Source: Zancudomyces culisetae HAW-14-8 (taxonomy: Eukaryota > Fungi > Kickxellomycota). Taken from it: a stretch of 64,000 nt of DNA. The stretch spans positions 310,001 through 374,000 of the forward strand of contig JBNJNM010000015.1 of NCBI GenBank assembly GCA_052426225.1. The letters are read 5' to 3'. The translations under genes were made by a program, and so were the position numbers. This document shows, in pieces, positions 1-11,249 of the stretch. Under the pieces are notes generated by a model. That model had not been told where the DNA came from. It searched no databases and worked only from the letters and a program-made list of their open reading frames with translations. Position 1 is the first letter of the stretch; the number at the start of each line of letters is the position of its first letter.

Positions 1-1029
1 TCTTCCCAACATATACCACGCCTGTCCATCTCTATAATCTGCTTTCACCGCTCGCGCCAACAAATCTGACGCCGTTTCTGGCCCATACATCCCCGTATCG
101 TGTCGCATATACAACATTCCCAGTTGCTGCAACACCTTCGAATGCTCTGGATCTCGCGCTAACACATGTTCATACGCCGCCCTAGCTGACTTGTAATCCT
201 TTTGCAGTTCATGTACATTTCCTATCTGATACCATATATCGTTCTCCTTCAATGGCTTTGGTGGCGTTCTCAATATATAGTTAAAACACTGCAAACTCTC
301 CTTGTATCGCATCCGTATCTTGTATATAATCCCAAGTCGAAAATACACATCATTTGCCTTCTCAAACCCTGGATCCATCTGCAACACCGCTGTAAATGCC
401 TCCTCTGCCTCTGCATACTCTCCATAACAATCCCGCAATATCCCTATTCCATACCACAGCTTTGGCTCCTTCTTATCCTTCAAATACATCAATGCTTGCT
501 TATACGCATGGAACGCCTTCTCCAACTCATTTTTCATCAAATAACAATGTCCCAACGCCCCCCATGTCTCTCCATCTTCTCCATCAATGTTGATTGACCG
601 CTTATAAAACTCTATCGCTCTATCATACTCCTCCCGCTGTCGGTGTATCAATGCTACCTTGCGAAGTGCCCCCAGTGAATACGGATTGTGTTTTAGCGCA
701 TTCATATACGCATCTCCTGCTCTTGTCAAATCTCCCATCGACTCTGAACATGTTCCTATTTGTGTCCACACCTGCTCATTGTAATAACTTAGTTTTTGCA
801 ACGGCGTCATCATCTCCACTTTCTCTCCTTGCATCTTCCGTCCCAACTTTCCCTCTTGGAGCCCCATCTCCACCTCCATCTCTGGTCCCATGTGTCCCCC
901 ATTTGGAAGCTCTCCATATCCTCCCCCATTCTGTCCGACTCCTACCGATTCTGTCATGCCATACCTCATCCCCTCTACATATCCTCTTTCCCCTCCTCCT
1001 TCATGTTGTGGTTGTGGTGTATGCACCAT
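1..1029 (-). CDS. CYC8: Cyc8/Ssn6 TPR general transcriptional corepressor, 5' part (runs off window start)
   Basis: Not in the ORF track; translated by hand from ATG at 1029. MVHTPQPQH...MTPLQKLSYYNEQVWTQIG...NALKHNPYS...GETWGALGHCYLM...AYKQAL...EPKLWYGIGIL...DPGFEKANDVYFRLGIIYK...DIWYQIGNVHELQKDY...KVLQQLG...QAWYMLGR matches the consecutive TPRs of Ssn6/Cyc8. Confidence 0.93.
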   Translation of the reverse strand, partial: MVHTPQPQHEGGGERGYVEGMRYGMTESVGVGQNGGGYGELPNGGHMGPEMEVEMGLQEGKLGRKMQGEKVEMMTPLQKLSYYNEQVWTQIGTCSESMGDLTRAGDAYMNALKHNPYSLGALRKVALIHRQREEYDRAIEFYKRSINIDGEDGETWGALGHCYLMKNELEKAFHAYKQALMYLKDKKEPKLWYGIGILRDCYGEYAEAEEAFTAVLQMDPGFEKANDVYFRLGIIYKIRMRYKESLQCFNYILRTPPKPLKENDIWYQIGNVHELQKDYKSARAAYEHVLARDPEHSKVLQQLGMLYMRHDTGMYGPETASDLLARAVKADYRDGQAWYMLGR

Positions 1030-2232
1030 CGTTTGTAATTCTTTTCTTCTTAATCTCGTTAAGTTTGCTTACTTCCTTTTACTAGCTATTATTTGTATTC
1101 ATCAATCCTATTTCTTTTTCCCCAGCTCGCTCTTTCCCCTGTATTCTCCTCGTGATTTGATCTTTTTACTTTATTATTATCACTCCAACTACTTTTCAAA
1201 GATTGTTATTTTTACCAATCTTTTGTCTCTAAAAAAAACCCAATCTAACTATCTTTAGATTCTTGTAATCTTTAAATTAATCATACAATAAATCTAGTTT
1301 TCTGATTACAAGTATCACTCTTCTTATTTTGTATCTTTATATAATTACTTGGGGATAAACAAATTTATTTATTCGTTTTTTAGCTCAACCTTTCATTTAT
1401 TTCTCTATTTCTCCTTTTATAGTTTTGGAAATTTGCACTTTTTGAAAAGCTTTATGTTATTATTACCCTTGTTTTTTATTATTATTACTAGTTATTTTTT
1501 TTAATTTCCTTTCAAAGCACGCTTAACAAACGATTAACAACAATTATTTTTATTTTTATTTTTATTTTTATTATTTTACCAAATATTCATTACATTTTTT
1601 TGACTTTTTTTTTTTGGTTAAAATGTCCCAATATATTATCATTAATTCTGGAACATTATTTGCTGAAATTATCTATTTAATCTAAAATTAACGAAATAAA
1701 ACATGCATATATTTAAAACAGCTGCCTTTATCTTTTATTCTTAATTTTATGACCAAGTATTTTTATTAAATCGTTTTTTCCGCGGATGCAATATTACTAC
1801 TAAACCTTTTTCTAGTTACCTAATAATATAAATAAAATATTTTGATTTTATTTGCGTTACTTGATTGTTTATATCAAGCCGTAATAAATCTGTTCCAATA
1901 GTTTTATGTTTTCCACCCTATAACCCTCTCCTCTCTTTACCCTCCCCTTGTAGTATTACATTTTACATATTACACACTACACATTACACAACTTGGCAAC
2001 TTTTGGGCTCCCCTTTTTCATATTTTTTTACCGCCTTTTTTTTTTGCTTTGTTTTTCGCTTTTTATTTTCGCTTTTTATTTTCCTGTTCAACTTGTTTAA
2101 TTATGGCTTTAATGTCTAATTCCATCACCATAAATACCTCTAAAAAAAAAAATTGTCCCCTTACCAAATACACCCTTCTCATTTTTTTTTATTCTCACAC
2201 CTACCCATTACCTACTCAGAAAGTAATCGCAT

Positions 2233-2362
2233 TCTTTTATTTTCTTTTCTTTTCTTTTATTTTATTTTATTTTATTTTATTTTATTTTATTTTATTTTAT
2301 TTTATTTTATTTTGTTTTATTTTGTTTTATTTTATTTTATTTTATTTTATTTTGTTTTATTT
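2233..2362. repeat. (TTTTA)n pentanucleotide microsatellite with TTTTC/TTTTG variants
   Basis: Directly visible tandem repeat; it creates the spurious ILFYF-repeat ORFs at 2049 and 2153. Confidence 0.95.
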
Positions 2363-5300
2363 TGTGTGTGTTTGCGTGTGTTTGTGTGTCTTTATCTCTC
2401 TTTTCGCATTCCATCATTTACCCGTTCTTTTTTTCTCCTTTGCTTGTACATTTGGGTTCTCTTGTTCCGTCCATGTTTCTGTGCATTTATGTGTTTTCAG
2501 TATTTTTCTGCAACCATTATCTTTGATTTCACAACGGGTTCTTTTTTCTCTATTTTCTACTTTATTTGGACGTTCTTGGTCATTTCCTGCTTTATTCTGC
2601 ATTCTTCCCTTTTTATCTAAATTGCCACTTTTTTTTCTTGTTATTTTTGGCAATTTACCTGTTATTTTAGTCATACCTATTATTTATATTTTTAACACCT
2701 ATTTTGTTTTTTTTTATGTTATGGAAAACTAATTTTTTTACAAAATTGACATTTTCGCGAACTGAGCTAATGCCAACAAATTCGGCATAATTAATTCTAG
2801 CCATCCCATTCGAAATTAGTCACACTAATCCGAATTATCGTTATTTGGGTAAATCAACGTATTTTACTCTGGCATTTATTTATGTGATGATTAACCCATC
2901 TCTGTGATACTGCCATTTTCACTTCATGACAATCAAATCCGTCCACCATTTAATTATTAGAATTGCTTCATCCACATACCTTTTTGAACATTGTATTCTT
3001 TTCCTTGGACATATAAAAAGTCCCAATACTTTCCTATTTGAATACATCTTTGACAGATTCTATATTTGTGCACTCAATTATTTATTATCCCAACACTTTT
3101 ATTATTGCCCGCTCACCTCTCCTCCACCCCTTTGTCACACTAAAAAAAAACTGTGACCTTAGTTACCAATTTTCTTATTGTGTTTAAATCCATGTAAACG
3201 TTTTCATCGACACATCACGCATTTCCAATCTTTTTTTTTCGACTTTTTAAACCATTTCCAATCACAGCAATCAACATATTCGCAATCGTGATCATGTACT
3301 ATTTATATCTGTTCTTTTTTTCCTGTATTTTCAGTAATTTCCAGAATATTCTGTCACCATCCACCCCATCTCTCTCCCCTCCCTTCCCCTCCCTTCCCCT
3401 CCCCCTGAACAACCCCCTCCACACCCTCACTTCAATCTAGCCTCCACTTTTTTACACCACCCATAGCCCCGTGCAAAAAAAATATTTTTGATACCATTAC
3501 TTCGCTGCCCCTATCCTCTTGTCTTCACCTTATCACAGAATTTTACTCTTTTCTGTTTACATGCTAAATTGTCTTTCCTTTTTTATCCTTTCCACCGATT
3601 TAAATTTGTTACGTCATCATTGCTATTTTATAAAATGTGGAAAAATAAGACGATTTTTGTTCCTAAATTAAAGAGTAAAAATTTTTTACCCGGAAATTCA
3701 GCATACTTAAAATTTTAATTTTCCGCCAACAAACGCCATTTTGACCTGTATCAGCCTTTATATAACCTCTGCAAAAAAAAATAATAATAACAAGATCATA
3801 CCTGAACTACTTTTTCGATTTTTAGCTCCCGTTCTGTCTCATTATTTAACCCACACTTTTTTCCCCCGCTTTTTCCTTGTATTCAACTATTCATAATATC
3901 CACTTTTATTTTAGAGATCTACACGTAATTTATGTCTCTAATAAATGGATCAATGAGACACTCATTCCCTTATTCACCCACCTACACATCACTAGAACAG
4001 AGTCACACTGAAACCCAAGTAAGTAAACCAACCCTTAGTTATTATTAGCTGCATCTTCTTTTGCTCTTTTTTGATTCATTTGACATTTATGAATGATCAA
4101 GTACTAATCTGTTTACCATTTACAACTAATACTCTATTTTTTGATCACTGTTCTGCTTTATTCCCTTTTCTTTTCTTTTTTTGAAAGTCACATAGTAGTT
4201 TTGAAACACGAACCAACGATAATCTTTTGCTGGCCTGTATTTTCTTATTAATTATTTCGATAAAAACAAGTCTTAATACCAAATCGTTAATTCTTTATCA
4301 TTGCGTATTTCCTTTCTGCCCTCCTGCCCTCCTCTCTTCTTATTTTTTTTCTTAGCCAAAATACTCTCTAGTCTACCCAAGGCTAAGTTACAACATATTG
4401 TTTCTCTTAAAATACATTACACAATACCTATTAGCTGATTTAGGATGAAGAGGTCAAATACCAACAAATTCTTTTACTAAGGCGTTTTTGTTACTCTTTA
4501 TTCTATTGATTAAGTATTGAGAGTTGGTATATAGTACTTTTGTGATATATTTCCTTTTTTTTTGATACTCAAACTAATATACTGCTCTCTTAATAAAATT
4601 GATATCCACATATTTCCTCTCCTCTTCATATAACATATGCTTTTTAATTAATATATTTTCATCTCTGTTTTTATGTAGCATTTAGACAGAATAAGACATG
4701 GTATGTCTTCTAAATTCATATTTTTTTCTTATTCTTATATACTATTGGTTAATGATAATCACACAACACCTATTATTAAAATTCATACAACTGATATACT
4801 ATTTCTTGTTTTATAGCATTTTTAATGTAGGATACATTCATGAACCTAGGATGAAGGGAAAAAATACATATAATTATAAGAACTGAAAGAATTATTATCG
4901 TCCTCGAAAACATGTTTATTTTAAAAACTCTGTCTTTATATTCTGTCACTTTTCCATCAACAACCCCTCCTTCCCCCTCTTTCTCCATTTCAAGTAGTCC
5001 TCGATTATCTTAGCATCAGTACAAAAGGCTAACATTTACCTGTTTCGAGTTGATCACGGTAAACTGGGGCATTTATTGTGTTTCTTGGTATTGTGAGGAT
5101 ACAAGAAGAGTATTAAGGATTATCTATTAGATGTGTTTCACTGGTACAACCATACCGTGTCACTCATCAATACGCATAACAGAGTGCTTCAGTACAACAC
5201 AAAACCCTCTACAAACTATTGGAAACTATTATACTTTTTTTTGTAAGCGAAATTATCTCATTTGATCTCTCTGTTATTACTTTCCACTTTTTATTTTCAT

Positions 5301-5664
5301 CTCATCAGAAATCTAGTTTAATGGTGTCCAATAAATTTAAAACAGTAGATATCAGTATAGATTGATAATTTGATCCCTCAGAATTCATTCAACCAACCAT
5401 CCTTTTTTGTAAACACCAAACCTCAATCAATATTTCACGCTTAGTTTCTCGTAAATTCGTCATCTAAACAAAACAAGGGTTTTCACCACATATAGTAGCG
5501 AAAGGAGAGATAAAACCTCCACATTGAATTACTATGTAAAATTTTTTCTATTTAAAGCAAATGGCGCCCCAGACTTTATTAAAAGCAAAAAGGTATTTGA
5601 TTTATTCTAATATTCTACTTATTTAGAAGCAAACAGCCGACAAGAATACTGAACTAGATCAAAG

Positions 5665-6111
5665 ATGGTTGACGTATATGGTGATTATAAATACAACATT
5701 CTAGCAGCAGCAGCAATGTTTTTGCAGTGCCACATCGCAGGAATCAAATGCTATAGGGCCCGATTGCGATACAAGGTTGACTATCCAGATATGGGTAGCG
5801 GAAGATACTCTGACAAGCTATCTGATAAAGAGTGGGTAGAATTCAACTCAATAATACGCGTTCACCAAAACTATGTTGAGCAGCTTCCAATAGCCGTAGG
5901 ATCAGTTCTAATGGGTGGGTTGTACTTCCCCAAGTTTACTGCTATTCTTGGTGGTGTTTATGTACTTTCACGACTTATGTATGCATATGGATATTCTAAC
6001 TTTGGACCAAATGGTCGTCTAACGGGTGCCATCTGCCAGAATCTATCAGCCATGGTCAATCTTGTGGCATGCTTTGTTGGGGTTTTTTTTGCTTTTAAAA
6101 ACGCACACTAA
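5665..6111 (+). CDS. MAPEG family microsomal glutathione S-transferase (MGST3-like), copy 1
   Basis: 148 aa with 4 hydrophobic segments; FNSIIRVHQNYVE matches the MAPEG FxxxxRxHxNxxE motif; also RLMYAYGY and GPNGR. Confidence 0.9.
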   Translation: MVDVYGDYKYNILAAAAMFLQCHIAGIKCYRARLRYKVDYPDMGSGRYSDKLSDKEWVEFNSIIRVHQNYVEQLPIAVGSVLMGGLYFPKFTAILGGVYVLSRLMYAYGYSNFGPNGRLTGAICQNLSAMVNLVACFVGVFFAFKNAH

Positions 6112-7239
6112 GAAATACACATGCTCTTTTTTTTTTGTTTCTTTCATTTCACAGGTATTATAGTATACAGTATGATTCTGCTAGTTTTTTTCAATTTTTT
6201 TTAAAAAAAACAGTAACCAACCTTTCATTAGTTCTTTGTAGTAATATGTCGATCAAAGCAAATAAATAGATGTTTTTCACCCACACATGCAGATAATACA
6301 ATATCAAAAACAAGTTTATAAACAGTATCAGCACTTTAATAAAACGTTTTCTTTTCTCTAGAATCCATTCTACTCTTCCTTCTTCCCCACTGCTAATATT
6401 CATCATCGCACCTTCTCAATACATGTCCAATTGACCAAAAGCTTTGTCAAAACGCTTATTATTTTGTTTTTGTTGGATTGGTAATGCGCAAGGAACATTG
6501 ATGCATAACTGCCTGGTGTTATTTTTAATACCTTTTATTTTTGTACATTGGTTCACTTCAAAATTAAATCCCGCTTTATGCATAAACGCAAAATAGTAAC
6601 AATGACAAACGAATCCAGCTATTGTTAATTTCAAAGATATGGGTACCATGCATTATCTTTTGATATGTATTGAAAGATATATGCATCAATGAATAATTGG
6701 TGCTTGCCGACTTTACAGTCGTACAACATTACCTGGAAAATAAAGCAGTTTTTAAAGTTATATGCAGATTTGATCTGTGTTAACTTGACTTGTTATGGTG
6801 CATTTCTGGCGAAATTATTAAATGCTCATAAATACGTTCTACATTTCTTGAACATTTTTACATGACACATACAAGCGACAATAAAAATAAAATCTCGCGC
6901 ACTCCGTGTTCATCCCCTCATTCATTGCACAAAATCACCCACCCCACCCCCACATCTCGAGCTCCTAAAGTAACTCTAGAATTGTTGTATCGGGTGCGAA
7001 ATGATCCCCTATAACGCCACCTTAAAGATGTATATACACCCCTCCCCCTTTTTTTTATTACGTCCATTTATTGTTGATTAGCACCAGTAAAAGCTAACAC
7101 ACACACCTCCTCTCTTCCATCCGCATTTCATCATAAATGCGTCTAAACCTCTTTTTTTTGTTTTTGCTAAAATAAAAGTCAAAGTGAAAAAACTCTGTTA
7201 TACAGAAAAAAGGAAAAACAATCAAAATTTAAGAGTAAA

Positions 7240-7680
7240 ATGGTTGACCTGCACGGAGATTACAGATATAACATTCTAGCAGCATCTGGTATGTTGCTAC
7301 AGTGCCAGATCGCGGCGATTATATGTGGACGCATGAGAAGAAAGTACAAGGTAGAATATCCGGATATGGGATGCGGCAGATTCTCTAAAAAACTTTCGGA
7401 TAAAGAATGGGTTGAATTCAACTCTGCAGTGAGGGTTCATCAAAACTATGTTGAACAGCTTCCAATTGCTGTGGGCTCGGTTCTTATAGGAGGATTATAC
7501 TTTCCTAAGATTACAGCTGCTATCGGTGGTATGTATGTAATAGGACGTGGTTTATTTGCGCATGGATACATTCAATTCGGACCAAAGGGGCGCATGACAG
7601 GGGCTATCCTCCAGAATTTGTGTGCAATGACTAACACTGTGGCATGCTTTGTTGGGATTTTCTATTCCTTTAAGAATTGA
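7240..7680 (+). CDS. MAPEG family microsomal glutathione S-transferase (MGST3-like), copy 2
   Basis: 146 aa, colinear with 5665..6111; shares KLSDKEWVEFNS and RVHQNYVEQLPIAVGSVL. Confidence 0.9.
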   Translation: MVDLHGDYRYNILAASGMLLQCQIAAIICGRMRRKYKVEYPDMGCGRFSKKLSDKEWVEFNSAVRVHQNYVEQLPIAVGSVLIGGLYFPKITAAIGGMYVIGRGLFAHGYIQFGPKGRMTGAILQNLCAMTNTVACFVGIFYSFKN

Positions 7681-8177
7681 AAACAAGTTGAATGAGCAGT
7701 CCACTCTGATTCACTATTCATTTTATTTAAAAGTGTCTGATTATTCCTTTTTGCTTGCTTAATAAACATTCTTTAAATCGGTTAGACTATCGGATAGCAA
7801 CAAAGTAAAGTTAATGTGTGAGTATAAAAAGTTGTTCTAATACTGGAATGTTGGATTCTTTTCATTGTTTAAAAACACAATAACATGAATTATCAGTTTG
7901 GATTAATGGATTATTCACAGCAGGATTGTTTTGAACTTTCTTTTCCTTTTGTTAATTCATCTAGCTAAACATAATAGAAAGGCACAATCTTTGCTTTATA
8001 AATCAAAAAAAGAACATAGCATGTATACCAATAATTTTTTTAACATTGTTTTTGGAGCTTCAAGTTTCCCATTCATATTCGATTTTATTTGTAGACAAAG
8101 ACTCAAATAAAAAAACGCCAAAACAAAGACAAAAACAGAAAAATAAAATACTAGGAATTGTAGGGGAGGTGGTGTCT

Positions 8178-10301
8178 TCACATTTTAGACCTCAGTTCAA
8201 CAGATCCAGGATTCACAAGGCTAGCAATAATCAACCATGTATCTTTTAGAACATCAGGATCCTCTATTGTTGGTGGCATGGGTATAGGAAGCTTTTCTGA
8301 TAAATCGTTCCTGTGTTTTCCGGCATAATCAATTAGCACCCTTATAGTTCTGCGCAGTATCTTTCCACTCCTGTTTTTTGGAAGTCTTGGTACAAAAATA
8401 ACATTTTCAGGTAGCATCGAGGCTACTGGACCAATATCGGCTCGAATCTTGGTCACAATACTTCGTACAAGTTCAGATTTCTCTTTCGCACTCATATTTT
8501 TTTCCAAAACAGCAAAAATTATAGGTATCTGTCCCTTGATGTCATGTGGTCTGCCCACTACGCATGCTTCGGATATTCCATTTTGTTCAAGTACTACCTC
8601 TTCAAACGTACAAGTCGAAAATCTGTGCGCAGCAACATTTATCACATCATCACATCGTGATGTAATGTGTACATAACCATCCTTATCGACAAATCCCATA
8701 TCACCAGTATCATAATAGCCTGGGTATTTTCTAAAGTATGAGCTAAAGAACACTTTCTTGTTTTCCCAGATTCCTGTAAAAAAACCAGGCGGGAGTGGTA
8801 ATTTTACCACAATATCACCAACTTCATTAAAATCGGCCTCTTCAATATGAGAATGGACCACCTCGTCCTCGTTCAAGTGGTCTTTTGCTTTAACTACACG
8901 CAAATCGACACCGGCCAATGGCATTCCCGCAGAACCGAATTGTATCGGTGCTATTTCTTTGGGATCCTCTGAGACACCAATACATATTCCTGTCATAGGA
9001 CTCCCTGATTCAGTTTGCCACCAGTGATCAACTGCAATCCCTTTAATCTCGTCATAATGATATCTCTCCCCGTCCACCCGCTTCCCTGTCGTGTGCTCAA
9101 CCCACCATTTGTATATTTCAGTACTGCATCGCTCTCCTGCCATAAAATATCCACGAATACTATCCAGATTGTATTTTCTAACAATATTATGTTCTTTATC
9201 CTCTTTTCTTAACACAACGAGTGCGGTGGGAGCGGTATAGAATATAGATGCACCATACTCCTGGATTACCCGGAAAAACGATCCCGCATCAGGAGTCTTA
9301 ACGGGCTTTCCCTCATAGAGCACAGTAGTACAACCCTCTAGTAAAGGACCATAGCATGTAAATGTATGCCCCACAACCCATCCCAGATCGCTGGCACAGA
9401 AAAACACCTCTCCGGGCTTTATTCCAAACATATTTCTTATAGTCCAACTCAGTGAAACCAAATGAGGTCCACATGGTCTTATTACGCCCTTTGGAAGGCC
9501 TGTGGTTCCACTTGTACAAAGAATGTAGAGCGGGTGGTTTGAATCAACAACTGCCGAGGGAGCATCTGTGAGTTCCTGTACACTAGCCACCTCCTCATAC
9601 CAACATTTAAAGCCTAACTTTGGGTCCAACAGCACTGGAAGTTGTTCGCGCTGATACACTATAACTGCCTTTGGTTTGTGTTTAGATATCTTCAAAGCTT
9701 TAGAAAGCAATGGAATGTATTTAACTATTTTATCACTTCTTTCAATACCACACGTCGCCGAGAGAACTACTTTTGGTTTACAGTTGTTGATACGCTTCGC
9801 TAACTCGGGGGAGGCAAAACCACCAAACACAACTGAGTGTATCGCACCAATCCTGGTGCATGCCAGCATTGCGATGATTGTCTGCGGTATCATTGGCATA
9901 TATATAATCACAGTATCGCCTTTGCACACTCCGTTTTTAGCCAATACTCTAGAAAACTCCTTCACCTTTTCTAGTAGGTCTCCATAGCTATAGACCCTTT
10001 TTGTTTTTGTTACTGGAGAATCGTAGATAATAGCGGGCTGTTCGCTCCTGCCTTGTAAAACGTGTCTATCCAATAGGTTGTAGCATACATTTATCTTTCC
10101 GTCAGGAAACCAGTCTACACAGTACTGCTTCAGGGGGTTTGGGAAGGAATAGGCTTTTGAAGGGCGCCTACTCCATTCCACGGCGCTATACGCCTGGTCG
10201 AGCCAAAACTTTTCTGGGTTCGCTAAGCTTTCCCTAACAATCTGTAATTGTTTCACGTTTGCAGATATATATTTATTCTTGGTATCCTTGTTTACGCTCA
10301 T
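8178..10301 (-). CDS. Short-chain acyl-CoA synthetase, ACSS3/PrpE (propionyl-CoA ligase)-like
   Basis: WFPDGKINVCYNLLDRH, GAIHSVVFGGF, YILCTSGTTGLPKG (A3), SDLGWVVGH, DHWWQTESG, YYDTGD, LPKNRSGKILRR (A10). First ATG at 10301 (MSVNKD); the ORF track start at 10382 is a TTG. Confidence 0.92.
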   Translation of the reverse strand: MSVNKDTKNKYISANVKQLQIVRESLANPEKFWLDQAYSAVEWSRRPSKAYSFPNPLKQYCVDWFPDGKINVCYNLLDRHVLQGRSEQPAIIYDSPVTKTKRVYSYGDLLEKVKEFSRVLAKNGVCKGDTVIIYMPMIPQTIIAMLACTRIGAIHSVVFGGFASPELAKRINNCKPKVVLSATCGIERSDKIVKYIPLLSKALKISKHKPKAVIVYQREQLPVLLDPKLGFKCWYEEVASVQELTDAPSAVVDSNHPLYILCTSGTTGLPKGVIRPCGPHLVSLSWTIRNMFGIKPGEVFFCASDLGWVVGHTFTCYGPLLEGCTTVLYEGKPVKTPDAGSFFRVIQEYGASIFYTAPTALVVLRKEDKEHNIVRKYNLDSIRGYFMAGERCSTEIYKWWVEHTTGKRVDGERYHYDEIKGIAVDHWWQTESGSPMTGICIGVSEDPKEIAPIQFGSAGMPLAGVDLRVVKAKDHLNEDEVVHSHIEEADFNEVGDIVVKLPLPPGFFTGIWENKKVFFSSYFRKYPGYYDTGDMGFVDKDGYVHITSRCDDVINVAAHRFSTCTFEEVVLEQNGISEACVVGRPHDIKGQIPIIFAVLEKNMSAKEKSELVRSIVTKIRADIGPVASMLPENVIFVPRLPKNRSGKILRRTIRVLIDYAGKHRNDLSEKLPIPMPPTIEDPDVLKDTWLIIASLVNPGSVELRSKM

Positions 10302-11249
10302 CGTGTGTTTATAGCCGGCTTGTCTTCTTGCTCTGTCAATTTTAATATAGTATAGAACACTTTTTCCAGTAATAAAGTACAATAGATGACAGAAATTAAA
10401 ACGAAATATAAAGCGTATTTTTCACAAATTACCACAACTTGTTTTGGTTTATAAAGCTGTCAGTGGGCTAGGTAACGGCGATACACCCAGCCGATGCATG
10501 GCATGGAAATACTTGAGCATAAAAATCGACTATCGACACACCAATAGAAACTCTGAATTGGAGTGAGAGGCCACCTTGATTTTACTTCTTTTCTGGTACA
10601 TTTGGAATGGATATATTATGCATTAAGTGCGGTAAAACGGCAGCTTTAAGTGCGAATGTGCAAGTTTTTACTGGTGCTACTCAACAATAAATGGACGCAA
10701 AAAAATAAAAAAGTGCACATGTGTACATACCATGTGATTTGATAATCAAAATAAATACTTCCAAATTGAAATCGCCCATTAGCCAACAATAGACAACTTT
10801 ACAACATGGCACATATATAATTCAGCAAAGAGTGAGCAGAAAAGCACATGCTTTTTCAAATGTTTACTGAAAATACTACAATATAGCATAGAAAAACTAT
10901 TGATCACACATAGTAGGACCGCTAGCAATGAACAAAAATAAATATTCAGTACACATTCCAACATGGGCCAGATTCACGTAAAACATGGGATAAGTGTTGA
11001 AAGTTTTGGTCGTTTAGTGGTCTCGTGGCTGATTTGAGTGCACCATTTCCAACTAGCAGTGAGCTGGATACGAGTATCAAGGTTTATGATGTTCACATAC
11101 CTCCAAAACACTACCAACAACCAAACTGAAGTGAGCAACAAAATAGAGTTACACTAACCAAACCCCACTCACTCTCTTTGACTCATCTCTCTCTCCAACT
11201 CACTCTCTCACGCACCACCATTTCAATTCATTTTTTTTCTTTAAATAAT

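Noticed and set aside
202-1258. Several + strand ORFs (202, 396, 594, 796, 890)
   Set aside because: Antisense shadows of CYC8; the pyrimidine skew suppresses stop codons on +.
1865-2732. F/I/L/Y-rich ORFs resembling membrane proteins
   Set aside because: Products of the (TTTTA)n microsatellite and T-rich DNA.
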